From Octopus sinensis (lineage: Eukaryota), in the NCBI RefSeq assembly GCF_006345805.1, contig NC_042998.1, positions 46,748,001 through 46,812,000 of the forward strand: a DNA stretch of 64,000 bases. Reading direction: 5' to 3'. The notes below the pieces were generated by a model. The model saw only the letters and a list, made by a program, of their open reading frames with translations, had not been told where the DNA came from and did not search any database. Below, piece by piece: positions 1-13,064 of the stretch. Each line of letters opens with the position of its first letter. The first letter of the stretch is position 1. A program made the translations under genes and the position numbers.

Positions 1-99
1 CTACCTCAGTCCATCTAAATGTATATATGTGTCGTTACCTGTCATAAATAGCCTTTTGTTATTTCCAATGTGCATTTTCGTTGATTTTTCATATTTTAC

Positions 100-139
<40 letters not shown>

Positions 140-142
<3 letters not shown>

Positions 143-393
143 CGTGATCACCGTGACCGACCAGGCTATCAGATGTTGCTACACATCGGTGGTCACAATG
201 CGCTTCGCATTGTTTTAGCCTTCAAATGACGCCACCCCGCTGGCTAAGCGAGCAGGCCAACAGAAGAAAGAGTGAGAGAAATTCGTGGCGAAAGAGTACA
301 GCAGGGATCGCCACCACCCCCTGCCGGAGCCTCCTGGAGCTTTAGGTGTTTTCGCTCAATAAACACTAACAACACTCGGTCTGGGAATTCGAA
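140..393 (-). mobile_element. tRNA-derived SINE, family A with tail type 1, head truncated
   Basis: Core 'gagtgagagaaa..gaaagagtacagcagggatcgccaccaccccctgccggagcctc..gctttaggtgttttcgctcaataaacac' shared with 22682, 26898, 49182, 63231; tail matches 26898; abuts a (TA)n tract. Confidence 0.85.
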
Positions 394-616
394 CACATAA
401 GACAGCTATTATGCTTACTACCCACAAAAACCACCACGTGGATCCTGTTCAGACCTGTAAGAAACAATTATGAACTTTTTTATTACACTTAACTTTTTAA
501 GATATTTTTGATAAGGTTCGTTTCTTCATGAAAAACCGAAACATGTAAAATTTCTAAGAAAATTAAAATTTATCTTATATAGTGGCGTTTTCAAACTTCT
601 TTTTTATAAATAAATA

Positions 617-726
<110 letters not shown>

Positions 727-899
727 ATGGTGGGGATGTCCCACACGCAAACATTCCAGAATGAATGTTAGAAAAGGAAAATCCTCCATGTGATTGATAA
801 ACAGTTTTAAATCTATAATTTCTTATACTATTATTTCCATGATCTCTGGTTTTCTAAAATGGTAAGCTGCCTGCCATCACCATGCTCACTTATCACTTA

Positions 900-1400
900 C
901 AGGATGAGCTCATCCGCTTCTAATGTATTTCATCTCCCCCCAGCTTCACACTCGACCACCATTTAATCCTGTTTTCCTTTTAGAATTCCTCTCCAAAACC
1001 CACAAAGCACTACACGCCATCGAGTCTCTTGACGATTCACACATTTTCTACTTGTTAGCGTTTCAAGAACTTTTAATCTCTCTAGCCTTATATCTTTCAT
1101 TCTATCAACCGTATTTTTACTTGTGTCAAACCCTGCTCATTGTTACTTTCAGACATTTATATTTCTCCGCTGATAACAGTTTCCTACACTTAACCCCTTA
1201 TGTTCAGAACATATGCACTTTAACATCTGTTCTTTTGTATTTGTAAAGACTCTCTCAACGTATCTTCCAAAATGTTTTTCAACGGAAACTCGTCAACTTC
1301 ATCTGGGCTAAGTAAGCCAAAGCTTATCCACAAAGGGCACATCACATATGCTGGAAGTTACATAACTGACTGCTTTAATTAAAAACAATACACAAGATAA
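900..1400 (-). pseudogene. Possible decayed LINE (L1/Tx1-like) ORF2 3' fragment
   Basis: Minus-strand translation gives stop-interrupted 'LAYLAQMKLTSFR*KTFWKIR*ESLYKYK', reminiscent of Tx1-type C-termini; no catalytic motif seen. Confidence 0.3.
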
Positions 1401-1540
1401 AATGACATACTTCCCTTTGCAATTTACACTCAATTTTATAAAGCCATTATAAATATAATCACTAATATTGAATTCAAATTTTGGCACATGGCCAGCATTT
1501 TGGTGGAGAGAGCAAGTAGCTTACATCGACCACATTACTC

Positions 1541-1912
1541 AAAAACCTCATAAACAAAATATTCCCACATTCAGCCATAAATAACAACGCCAGACCAACC
1601 GCTCCATACTTAACATTAAAACCAGAAACCAATTCTGACTCACGCTCAGCAGTATCAAATGGAGTCCGATGAGACCCCGCAATACATATTCATATTAAAA
1701 ATATTAAAAAATTAACAGAAAAAAAAAGAATCCAACTTACACATTGATATTGTAACAACCTTACTAAATTAACTCTACCCACTAATAATAAACAACTTAT
1801 TAAAATTAATGACATGCTAACTTCACAAGAGATACTCTGAGCAACCGCACGAACAGAACCTAATAACGCATACTTAGAATTAGATAACCAACCAGCCCCC
1901 ATCTCTGAATAG
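1541..1912 (-). pseudogene. nad1: NUMT: fragment of mitochondrial NADH dehydrogenase subunit 1
   Basis: Invertebrate mito code (TGA=W, AGG=S) gives [28 protein letters not shown]...[50 protein letters not shown], matching the ND1 motifs SNSKYALLG, AVAQxISYEV, [21 protein letters not shown]; several conserved residues are mutated. Confidence 0.92.
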
Positions 1913-1924
1913 AGTTATTTTATT

Positions 1925-2190
1925 GATAATAAATAAATAATAAATGCGCCCTTTTAAAGCCAAGCCAGGCTCATGGGCCCGGTTTCCCGGTTTCAATGGC
2001 GTATGTGTTCCCCAGTTGGACGGGACGCCAGTCCAACGCAGCGTTACTCATTTTTGCCAGCTGAGTGGACTGGAGCAACGTGAAATGAAGTGTTTTGCTC
2101 AAGAACACAACTCATCGCCCGGTCCAGGAATCGAAACTACAATCTTACGTCATGATGCTGACACCCTAACCACTAAGCCACGAGCCTCCA
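1925..2190 (-). mobile_element. tRNA-derived SINE, family B
   Basis: Minus strand starts TGGAGGCTCGTGGCTTAGTGGTTAGG (A box) ... GGTTTCGATTCC-like B box; core 'ttgctccagtccactcagctggcaaaaatgagtaa'; (AATA)n tail; copies at 18186 and 23420. Confidence 0.85.
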
Positions 2191-2199
2191 CTCATTTTA

Positions 2200-2325
2200 T
2201 CGATGCTGATACTTATTTTATCGACCCCGACAACATGAACTGCAAAATCGAACTCAGCGGAATTTGAACTTAGAATGTATAGACGGACGAAATGCCGTTG
2301 AACATTCTGCCAGCCTGCGGCCTTA
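2200..2325 (-). mobile_element. SINE family C fragment
   Basis: Matches the 'ttatcgaccccg..gaactcagaa..gacgaaat' core of the full copy at 52244. Confidence 0.7.
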
Positions 2326-2404
2326 ATATAATCACTAATATTATGATCCAACTACGTAGCCTCTGTGAGGTCACATACCTTGTTGAAAATGACAGACAAA
2401 TATA

Positions 2405-2812
2405 TCTATTCACTTCTTGGTTGGCATCTTTTCTGTCTCGGGAGACAATGGAGTTGCGCATAAAGTAGTCTAGTCCGGCTTTTATATTTCATGTCCTGAT
2501 ACATTTCCTGCTGTGGCTGTGTAGTCCTATCCTGGACAAACACTCCCTCTGGCAGGTACCGCAAATGTAGCGAAGACTGTTCCTGGCTGGTTGTAGTGCC
2601 ATAGTCTCTTGTTGACGTCTCTTCTTTTCTTTCCATTTCTCCTCTCTCTCTGTCACTCCTTTGTATTCCCTCTTTTACGGTACGTCGCCATTCTCCACGG
2701 TTGCCGGCAACTGCCTCCCAACCGCTAATATTGATGTTGCAGGCCTTCATGTCCCTTTTGCAAACATCCTTGTAACGTAAGATCGGTCTACCCACAGACC
2801 TAGTACCACTTC
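2405..2812 (-). pseudogene. RTE-clade LINE 3' end (5'-truncated)
   Basis: GRPILRYKDVCKRDMKAC..WEAVAGNRGEWRRTVKEG, then after a frameshift the CCHH finger CGTCQRECLSRIGLHSHSRKC; short 3' UTR 'cattgtctcccgagacagaaaagatgccaac'. Confidence 0.85.
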
Positions 2813-2985
2813 TTATTGTTTAAAGAAACGGAAGGATATAGTGAAGGATATATTGAATAACGTAATCATTGACACTACTGTATCAGAATAAAGGATGGGT
2901 TTCTCACAGCCCCATTTGTAATCCCAAATTTCAGAACCGATAAGAGAATAAACACACACACAGACACACAAACAATACATACGTG

Positions 2986-2989
<4 letters not shown>

Positions 2990-3055
<66 letters not shown>

Positions 3056-3070
3056 CACACACACACACGC
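2990..3070. repeat. (AC)n microsatellite
   Basis: Direct reading. Confidence 0.95.
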
Positions 3071-3599
3071 CCACACATGTACATATCTGTATGTTTTGTG
3101 AACATGCATGTGTTCCTTTGCCTAAATATTAAAACAATTTTGGAATTCTGTATACAATGAAGGTAGTATCCCAACATAGCCTCCTCTAAGAAACACGTAC
3201 ACACACACAGACACAGACACACGCACAGACACAGGCACACACACGTATTTTAGGATTTGACGCTATTGAAATTGGTCGATATATGCATATATGTATGTGC
3301 ATGCGATTTCAGCGGCATTCGTGTAGTGGATGGGCGTAGGTATGTAATGCATGTGTATTCCATACATAAATGTGACTGTATACATATTATCATGCAGTAA
3401 CCACAAATGGAGAATTTCTAAATGTTTTACAAAAATTCGCTGTTCTTCTAATAGACTGCATTGGAAAAAAGCGAATCAATCAGTTTTGTATTTTTTTTGT
3501 GGGTGGGGAGGAGAAACCAAGCTTTCCTACAATTTTATGCAGAAAAGTTACGTAGGCCAGTGCATGTATGTATGTATGTATGTATGTATGTAAGTTTAT

Positions 3600-4060
3600 G
3601 TCAGGTCATTTTCGAGTGCTACTGGTAATATGTAACCCAGTACAACCTGGTGCATGGTCATGTCGTCGGTGACTAAACTGGCAACCCCACCAAGCTTGCT
3701 TGGTGAGGAGGGTGTTTATTGGACACCTTGCGGGATGAAAAACAAAACCCGTCAAAGGACGAGGAACTCTTGAGACTAATGGCCATCCAATAAATGTCTT
3801 AAGGCTGTATCATGCGCGGGGACATAGAAATAATCGGACTGAATACCCGATAGCGCGGTTAAACCATTGGGAGTGAAGGACTCCTAGCCTTTGTTAGGGC
3901 ATTCTTCAAGGAGAAGGTAACTCAGGTAACTGGGATAACTCCGACATAAAACCTGCAGCTCAGTGGTTGCCGATGATGTTGACTTGTTCTTCTTTTCGGA
4001 TTATGGCTGCTGTTGCTTAGTGAGTGGGATTGACTCAGTGCACAGCCTTTCCTCACTTAA
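3600..4060. mobile_element. Interspersed GC-richer repeat, possibly a LINE 5' UTR
   Basis: GC-richer block bounded by (TATG)n tracts; no ORF motif; classification is inference only. Confidence 0.25.
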
Positions 4061-4383
4061 AAAAAAAAATCTTCTTGCTCAGGCATTGCATGATAACAAA
4101 ATTGATTAAGCTTCGTACAATGGCCATACTCGATAACGAGGGGGCAGCCACCATGTATGTATGTATGTATGTATGTATGTATGTATGTATGTATGTATGT
4201 ATGTATGTATGTATGTATGTATGTACGAATGTATGTACGTACGGTCTTCTCTTTTTCTTAATTTTAGAGTAAATTTTGACAGGCCATCTTACTTTGTAAC
4301 AGGGTTATGAAAGAAAGTATCTTCTTTTAGCCACCATCCATTACATGTTAAGAATGTCTTGCGGATGTTTATAGTCCCATATA

Positions 4384-5668
4384 CGAGGGGCGTTCAATAA
4401 GTAATGCCTCTGACCCACTTGCAGTTGTTTGATCTAGCTAAAATTTTGCATGTACAATTATTTATATCTCTATAGATTAAGTGGCAAATTACAGCTCTGA
4501 ACTAATTGTGGTTTCCGATTTACTGGTGTTTGAACTGAGTCAAGTGTGAAATAGAGCATGTTGAGTGTCGAGCAGTAATCCGGTGTTTGTATTTGAAAGG
4601 ACGCACACCACGAGAGACTTTTAATGAAATGAAGGAAACTTATGGTGATGATGCCCCATCATATGACCTTGTAAAACGCTGGCATCGTGAATTCAAACAT
4701 GGTCGGAACTCTGTGGAAACTACTCCCAGATCTGGTCGCCCCTTCTGCCATTGATGAGGCATCTGTCTGTCAAGTTGAGGCTGCCATTTTGGAAGATCGA
4801 CGCATAACTATTCGCCAAATAGCCCATGAGGTCAAGATTAGTACCGGGTCTGTGGAAACTATCATTCCTGACCATTTGCATATGCAAAAGGTGTCTGCCA
4901 GATGGATTCCCAGGTTGCTCACACCTTTCCAGAAGCAAGATGCGTCGATTGCTCGAGGATGAATTTGGAGATGTGCCAAGAAGATGAGTCAAATTTTTCA
5001 AAAGACTGATTGCATAGGATAAAACCTGGGTCCATCACTATGATCCAGAGACCAAGCCCAGTCAATGCAGTGGAAGCACCGTGACTCACCTCCTCCAAAG
5101 AAGGCAAGGGTGCAGCCCTCCGCTGGCAAGGTCATGCTTACAGTCTTCTGGGACCAGGACGGAGTAGTGAAGACAGATTTCCTGGCAAAGGGTGCCACAA
5201 TTACAGGAGTCTATATGCTTCACTTTTGAGGAAATTAGAGAAGCTATCAAAATCAAGAGGCGGGGTAAGATCAGCAATGGCATCCTCCTCCTGCAGGACA
5301 ACGCTCCGATCCACAACTCGCGTGTCGCCAGATCAGAAGCACAGGCGTGCGGCTATGAACTCATCCCCCATCCCCCCTACTCTCCTGACCTTGCACCCTC
5401 TGATTTTCACCTCTTCCAGCCATGAAGTTGTTTTTGAAAGGAAAGCGTTTCCCAGATGATGCAGCCTTGATTTCTGAAGTCACGTCGTGGTTGGAGGACC
5501 AAGCTGGGGTCTTCTACAAAAACGGTATTCAGAGCTGCATCAGACGATGGGAGAAATGCGTAACTCTGAGTGGTTCCTATGTAGAAAAAGACTACTAACT
5601 GTTCCAAGTTTCGTTGCTCTACTGCTATGGGAAGTGGGTCAGGGGCATTACTTATTGAACGCCCCTCG
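4384..5668 (+). mobile_element. Full-length mariner (DD34D, irritans/Hsmar2-like) DNA transposon
   Basis: 37-bp TIRs CGAGGGGCGTTCAATAAGTAATGCC(T/C)CTGACCCACTT at 4384-4420 and 5632-5668 (1 mismatch); TA duplication at 4382-4383 and 5669-5670. Confidence 0.95.
4551..5598 (+). pseudogene. Mariner transposase, frameshifted and inactive
   Basis: Fragments in several frames: KVSARWIPRLLTP (WVPRxL), DKTWVHHYDPETK, LLQDNAPIH...HPPYSPDLAPSDFHLF (34 residues between the catalytic Ds); start ATG appears mutated to ATA. Confidence 0.92.
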
Positions 5669-5775
5669 TATTGTGATCATTTGTAGCATATAAATTAAGG
5701 ATTTGCGTTCTCACCCCAAGATCCCAAGTTCAGCCATACTTTGCTCTAGATGGGTTAGTACGTATCCTGTTGCAC

Positions 5776-5825
5776 CAATAATAATAATAATAATAATAAT
5801 ATTAATAATAATAATAATAATAATA

Positions 5826-5877
<52 letters not shown>

Positions 5878-5893
5878 AATAATGATAATGATG

Positions 5894-5941
<48 letters not shown>
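5776..5941. repeat. (ATA)n microsatellite
   Basis: Direct reading. Confidence 0.95.
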
Positions 5942-5942
5942 G

Positions 5943-6077
5943 GTATTAAGCTGAAAGTGTATTTTGGCGACCGGAGTTGAGAACGCCTGATCAATGGTCC
6001 ATAGATGTTTTCTTTCTCTTGTATTTTTCTAACCACATATCTTTTCTTTGTGGTCCCACACAATATCTGGCCGGTTG

Positions 6078-6080
<3 letters not shown>
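5943..6080 (-). pseudogene. RLE-type LINE C-terminal fragment
   Basis: RPDIVWDHKEKIC / QEKENIYGPLIRRSQLRSPKYTFSLIPIII; homologous to 6440-6810 and 59020-59210. Confidence 0.7.
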
Positions 6081-6109
<29 letters not shown>

Positions 6110-6439
6110 TGTAGTATGTATGTATGTATGTATGTATGTATGTATGTATGTATGTATGTATGTATGTATGTATGTCTCTACTGCTTTTAGACATTTTACA
6201 TTCTTCCTCTGAAGAAAGAGCTGGTTTCCAACAAAGGTACAAAGCTCCATCTTTGGAATGTAGATAACGAAAACAATATCACATTTTAAACCTGAGAAAA
6301 GTCTCGCATAGTTTTACTGTTCTGCTTACAGATTGTGGTCGTAGTGTACAAATCAGTTGATTGATTTCTTTTTCTGAAAATCCAAGCTAATTCAGACTGA
6401 CAGTTAAGCATTTACTTACAAAAACCAAGTGCTCCAATT

Positions 6440-6810
6440 ATTATTGGTATAAATGAAAATTAGAAATCCAAATATAGAAGCTGGAGGTTTCGAAGCAGCT
6501 GTCCACAGTTATTTTCTTTCTCTTTGATATTTAAAACGATAACGATATTCACATCAGCAACACAGCCGATGTCTATGACAGTACAAACAACAGTATCCGA
6601 CCTGTTATGCTTGCTCTTGACAGATGTTTTGATGGGAATGTTCCACCAGTATTCTTTGTGCTGGTATATGTGTGCGTATTCAGTAACAGGGGGATTCTCT
6701 ATACTTATTCCAGGACAAATTTGGTTGTGTTTTTTCCGAATGGCATTGCATAGTGTTTTTGCGACAACGTCATGTCGTATAGGGAGGTAGTATTTTGACA
6801 TTTTTGGACA
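6440..6810 (-). pseudogene. RLE-type (R4/NeSL-like) LINE endonuclease fragment
   Basis: YYLPIRHDVVAKTL...EYWWNIPIKTSVKSKHNRSD..CTVIDIGCVADVNI..KEKENNCGQLLRNLQLLY: RHD motif plus degenerate HNRPD and PD-(D/E)xK. Confidence 0.8.
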
Positions 6811-7180
6811 GCTGCTAATCTAATCACATATGTAATGACTTCCATAGAAATATGATATAATCTACATTTACGGTTGCATCTTGGAACTCCAAGGGATTCA
6901 ACTGTCTCTTTTGTTGATTAGGTATCTAAACGATTGCAAATGCATAGCTTTCAAAGTGTAATGTGATGTAGCGGTCGTGAGTCAAAGAGAGGCTTCGCTT
7001 CGTGTCAATACTGCTAAATTCACTCACAAGGCTCTGATCAGCATGGGGTTATACTAGAAGACATTTACTCAAGCTGCCACACAGTAGGAATCAACCTGGA
7101 ATTATATGGTCAGAAAGCAAACTTCCGCCTGGTAACTGATAATAGCAACTATGTATGTATTCGATATGAGTGTGCTACAA

Positions 7181-7393
7181 TGCGGCGAACTAGCAGAAAC
7201 GTTAGCACGCTGGGCGAAATGCTTAGCGATATTTCGTCTGTCTTTATGTTCTGAGTTCAAATTCCGCCGAGATCCACTTTACCTTTCATCCTTTTGGGGT
7301 CGATAAATTAGTACCAGTTGCGTACTGGAGTCGATCAAATCGACTGGCCTCCTTCCCCAAAATTTCGGGCCTTGTGTCTAGAGTAGAAAAGAA
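7181..7393 (+). mobile_element. SINE family C (Meta-domain-like core)
   Basis: gcggcgaactagcagaaacgttagc...gttcaaattccgccgag..ttacctttcatccttttggggtcgataaattagtaccag; homologous to 52244. Confidence 0.85.
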
Positions 7394-7417
7394 TATGCGT
7401 ATACTACATATATTCTT

Positions 7418-7721
7418 GTGGAGGCACATGGCCTAATGGTTAGAGCAGCGGACTCGCGGTCGAGGGATCACGGGTTCGAATCTCAGACCAGGCGATGTGT
7501 GCGTTTATGAGCGAAACACCTAAGCTCCACGCGGCTCCGGCAGAAGGTAATGGCGAACTTCTGCTGACTCTTTCGCTGCAACTTTCGCTCACTCTTTCCT
7601 CCTGCGTCTTGCAGCTCGCCTGCGACGGACCGGAATCCCGTCCAGGTGGGGAAACTATACACCAAGCAAACCGAGAAACCGGCCCTTATGAGCCAGGCAT
7701 GGCTCGAGAAGGAACAAAGAA
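7418..7721 (+). mobile_element. tRNA-derived SINE (A-type head, B-type tail variant) with 12-bp TSD
   Basis: A box TGGCCTAATGG, B box GGTTCGAATCT; TSD ACATATATTCTT at 7406-7417 and 7722-7733. Confidence 0.9.
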
Positions 7722-8659
7722 ACATATATTCTTATCTGTTTGAACGTGCAACTATTTTGGGTGGTAGTTCTCGCAATTATTTTATTAATGCGTATGTGCA
7801 TAAACCAGAACCACACAACACAAAGCACAAAACTATACGAGCAAATCCGTAGTTGCACAACTATAACTTAAACTCGATGCACTCAAATGAACTCACACAA
7901 ACATCCAGACTCCAGACGACGCTAAATACCCTACATTTCTATTTCCCGTCTCTCTCTCTTTTGTTCATATCTATAACTTTGTTCGTTTATCTGAACTTGA
8001 AAAATTTAAGTACAAATCGCTATCAGTGCACTCCTTCGCCACTCCCTCTATCGTCACTCATAAATGCATGTTGTTATTTTCAACATATACTAAACTGTGG
8101 TAATTTAAATAAAAAAAAACACCAACTGCACTAATCACACCTTGCTGTTATAATCTTTCGGTTTATGTAGGTCTTCTAGTACGGCCAATGGTACAGACTT
8201 TTTGCTGACTAACAAATACATTGGAGGCACGTATATGGAGAGTGAGACGATCATAAGTATAAATATTTTGAGACCAAGTTACGTGTCTAAAGCGTATAAC
8301 ATTTTATACACACACGGCCATACGTACATACATATATACATACATACATACATACATACATACATACATACATACACATCTGTATATTGTCACATATATT
8401 TATGAATGTTTAAGTGTGTGTGCGTGCGTGCGTGCGTATGTGTGTGTGTGTATACATATCCACACATATACATAGATCTGTACATACTTTACATACCATA
8501 TTTTAAAACATATATTATTATATATACATCAACGTACAGACATATAATTATTTATATCGTGTGCTTGTTGTTGAATGAATGCATTTATAAACATATTGGT
8601 GTTTGATTGACAGTTTTATTAATAAACTATGTTGTACGAAGTGCGCGTATATAATGTTT

Positions 8660-9030
<371 letters not shown>

Positions 9031-10344
9031 GTGAAAGATGGCGTTATGGATACTTATCTATATTTCCCGCACCAACACACATACCAGCGTAAAGGTTAAC
9101 CAAGCAACACACACTTAAACTACTCTACCATTCATGTACGTTTTATCCTAATTCTTTTCTCATCATGTTTCACCATCTCTTGTCATCGCCTCTCTATTTT
9201 CTCACGTTTTATTCACTCGCTTTTACTCGATTGATAACTACGAGTGTTAATGCGTGTTAATTACTCATCCATAAATTATTTTATATCTAAAATCATGTAG
9301 AAAGGAAAATAAATCTCTTCGATTGTTTTACTTACTTCATTTGACACTTTTGGCAGTTTTACAGGTATATCCTCGAAAAATTCCTTTTCTTATTTGTGAT
9401 ATATGATATGGACTATAAATCTATCGAATTTTTGGTGGTCAACCATCCGAATATATTAAAGAAAAAATTGGTGGCTGTGTGGAAAGAAGTTTGTTTCCCA
9501 ACCACAATGTTTCAGTTTCAGTCCCACTGCATGGCAACTTGGACAACTGTATTCTGTTATAGCCTTGGGTCTACTAAAGCCATCTAAGTGAATTTGGTAG
9601 GCGGAAAATGAAAGAAAACCGATGTGTGTGTGCTTGAGAACCGATGTTGGTTTCTTTAAGTCATTATATCAGATTCACTATCCTGTATCGATTACTGAAA
9701 CACTAATATTATTCACAAAACACTTTTATTGATTTCACAACTTAATTTTATTTTTCTAGCCTTTGGGTAATTTGAACTCAAAGCTTAAAGGTATGTTTCG
9801 AAATACCACAAGATTTTTTTGTTAAGTACTTGTACTTTTCCGTTCTTGCAAAAGTTTAAGAGATCTGAGTATTGAACCTTTGCTGTTTGGATTAGATCCA
9901 TGAATTCTAACGAGAAAACCATATGGAAGAGCAATCAATTTAAGAAAGATGTTGATTTCTAACAAACCAACAAGACCGCAAATTTTAGGTTGGGGCGAGG
10001 GTCGATAACATCAATCATATAAAAGCCTAATAATTGGTTGGTACTTATTCTAACAAACGAAAAATTACGGCAGGTAAAGTCTGCCTCAGAGATACTTGAA
10101 ATGAAAAGTTAAAATGCATATAAAAAGATCTCATTAAAAAACATATTTGCTGATTATCAAATATCCTCAACAGTTCACCAACCAAGAGAAAGATATTCCG
10201 ATCACACAATATCATTTACCTTATCTGAATAATACTGAATAATTCTGTTTTACTGGAAAGCAGTTATGTATTGTTAGAACTCACTATTTGAGTTCAGCTC
10301 AAATAAGCTGAGCTTTAATTCGTTTCACCGCACTTGGTCAGATA

Positions 10345-10535
10345 ATTTTTTCTACTCTAGGCACAAGGGCCGAAATTTTGGGAGATGGCACCAGTCGATT
10401 AGATCGACCTCAGTGCGCAACTGGTACTTAATTTATCGACCCCGAAATGATGAAAGGCAAAGTGGATCTCGGCGGGATTTGAACTCAGAACACAAATACA
10501 GATGAAATACTGCTAAGCATTTCGCCCGGCGTGGC
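10345..10535 (-). mobile_element. SINE family C
   Basis: Reverse complement of the 52244 core (ttatcgaccccgaaa.gatgaaaggcaaagt..ctcggcgg.atttgaactcagaac). Confidence 0.85.
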
Positions 10536-10665
10536 ACTTCATCAAATAATGATTACAAGAAGTACATAAATATTTGGTTTCCTTTTTGTAAACAACATTT
10601 TATATTATGTAAAATATGCTAAACCACATAAAAACAAATACTTATGCAAGATTTATTTAATGTAG

Positions 10666-11020
10666 GCACAGGAGTGGCTGTGTGGTAAGTAGCTTGCTTA
10701 CCAACCACATGGTTCTGGGTTCAGTTCCACTGCGGGCCGACCAAAGCCTTGTGAGTGGATTTGGTAGACGGAAACTGAAAGAAGCTCATTGTATATATAT
10801 GTAAGAGATAATTGTGTCAGGTAATGCTGAATAAGTACTATAGACAGACCATAGTTTAGTTCCAGATTCGTTAATATTGCAAATAAAGGGTTCAACGTTG
10901 GTTCTATGTCAGCGTGTGTATGTAGGAATTTTTTGCGTAATAAGAGAAAAAACCAAGGCTATGTAGATATTAGCGCATATCTACACAGCGTTGGTTTTTT
11001 TATGTTATTACGCAAAAAAT

Positions 11021-11064
<44 letters not shown>

Positions 11065-11157
11065 ATCGCCATATTAATTTCCAGTAACGCTGCCGTAATC
11101 TCTTTTAGAGAGACTTAGTAATTTTAATATTTCTATTATATATATATATATATATGT

Positions 11158-11203
<46 letters not shown>

Positions 11204-11400
11204 GCATGTTTGGCTATGTTTGTACCCCCAACATCGCTTGACAAACGATGCTGGTGTTTACGTCCCCGTAACTTACCGGTTTGGCAAAAGAGACCGATAG
11301 AATAAGTACTAGGCTTATAAATAATAAGTCCTGGGGGGCGATTTGCTTGACTAAAGGCGGTGCACCAGCATGGCCACGGTCAAATGACTGAAAGAAGTAA
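10666..11400 (+). mobile_element. Bipartite SINE family D with an expanded or interrupted microsatellite linker
   Basis: Head caggagtggctgtgtggtaag..ggttcagttccactg at 10669; second half 'cccaacatcgcttgac..ggcggtgcaccagcatggccacggtcaaatgactgaa' at ~11225-11395. Confidence 0.8.
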
Positions 11401-11924
11401 AAAAAAATATATAGATATTCTTTTAATCTTTTATTTGTTTCATTTGTTTAACTGTAGCCATGAAAACTTGGTCAATCAAATCTTGCCACTGATTGTCGAG
11501 CGGTGGTAGAATATACACACAATTCCACAAACACTTGCACAATACATATATACATGAACGCACACACACACACACACACATAACGGCAAGTTTCTGTACA
11601 GTTTCCATCTACCAAATTTACTCACAAGGTATTGATCGGTCGAGGGACATAGTAGAAGCCACTTGACTACGATGCAGCACAGTGCGACTGAGCCCAAAAA
11701 CATGTGGTCTACACAACCAGATGCAGCAAAAACAGTCAAGTTTATGTCAGAAAAGATAATTACATAGCTATACGTGTGAATCTAAGATACCAACTTAACG
11801 GTGCAGTATCCTAAACACACACGTGTTGGATCAATTGAAAATTAACTGTACAGATTTCATCAGAAACTGGGTTGTGAAGTTGTGGAGTTACTGTTTAACC
11901 GCTAAAAGACGGCGAACCAACAGA

Positions 11925-12120
11925 ATCATTAGGGTACCTGATAAAATGCTTAGCAACATTTCTCCCATCTCTTTAAGTTCTGAGTTCAAACTCCGCCGAG
12001 GTCCACTTTGCCTCTCATCCTTTCGGGTTCAATAAAATAAAACACCATTTGAGCACCGGGGTCTATATAATCGACTAACTCCCTCCTCCAAAATTTCAGG
12101 TATTGTACCGGTAATAGACA
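11925..12120 (+). mobile_element. SINE family C (diverged)
   Basis: gttcaaactccgccgaggtccactttgcctctcatcctttcggg core. Confidence 0.75.
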
Positions 12121-13064
12121 GAATTAGCCCCATAATAGTACTATTCAAACAGATATGTGACCAAAGACATTCTAACCACGACCATCCTTTTCTGGTATGG
12201 TGTAATTTGAGAGATTTTTCTGCTATCTCTAGCAAGTTCAGCATCCACATAAAGACTCCCTCGTTGGCTTGAGTTAAAATATCTCGTGGGAAATTGCTAA
12301 AATCGAGAATTAAAAGATGGGTTTGCAGATCAGTTTTCTACGAGTTTACTGTTTAATCTTCGACGCCTATTAATCTAAAATGTACTCACATAATGATACT
12401 CATATTTAGACATACCTGAGTGTGCGGGAGTGTGTGAAGAGTGCATATAGGTGGTTGTATGTGAATATATCTTTGACAGAAACAAATATTTTCTGTGGTT
12501 TTGAAAGAGTGATATAAAAGTCTAAGGCTGACAGGTAGAAGCATATAGAAATATATGAAGAGTGATTTGTTAACGGTTAGCGAAGAATGGAAACATTAGA
12601 GAGATATATGAGAGTATAATTGAAGATATGTTTGATTATCAGCAAGGAATTTAGTGGATAGAGATGAAAAATTGAAAAAAACCGAGCGTGGATGAATAAG
12701 GGTAATGGGTGAAAAATGAGATTATGAACAATTTTAATCCGTGTCATCTCATATTTCATAGTTCTCATTGAAGAAGTAGCAAAGATCAGAAAAGAATATT
12801 CTTTTCAATTCTAACGAGAAAATAATGACTTGGAAATAACTGAACTCTTCTCTCTACAAAATGAAAATGGCATTTATTTGTTCAGCAATTACTTTCGTTG
12901 AATTGACAACAAGAAGGTAATGTGTCAAATATATTTGAAAAAGCATAGACTAATCGATAGAATATTTACCAGGCTTTAAGATAAGTACGAGAGGTGGGGG
13001 CGATTTCTTCGACTAAACTCTTCAATGTATTACTATAGCATGGCCGCATCCCCAATGCTAAAAC

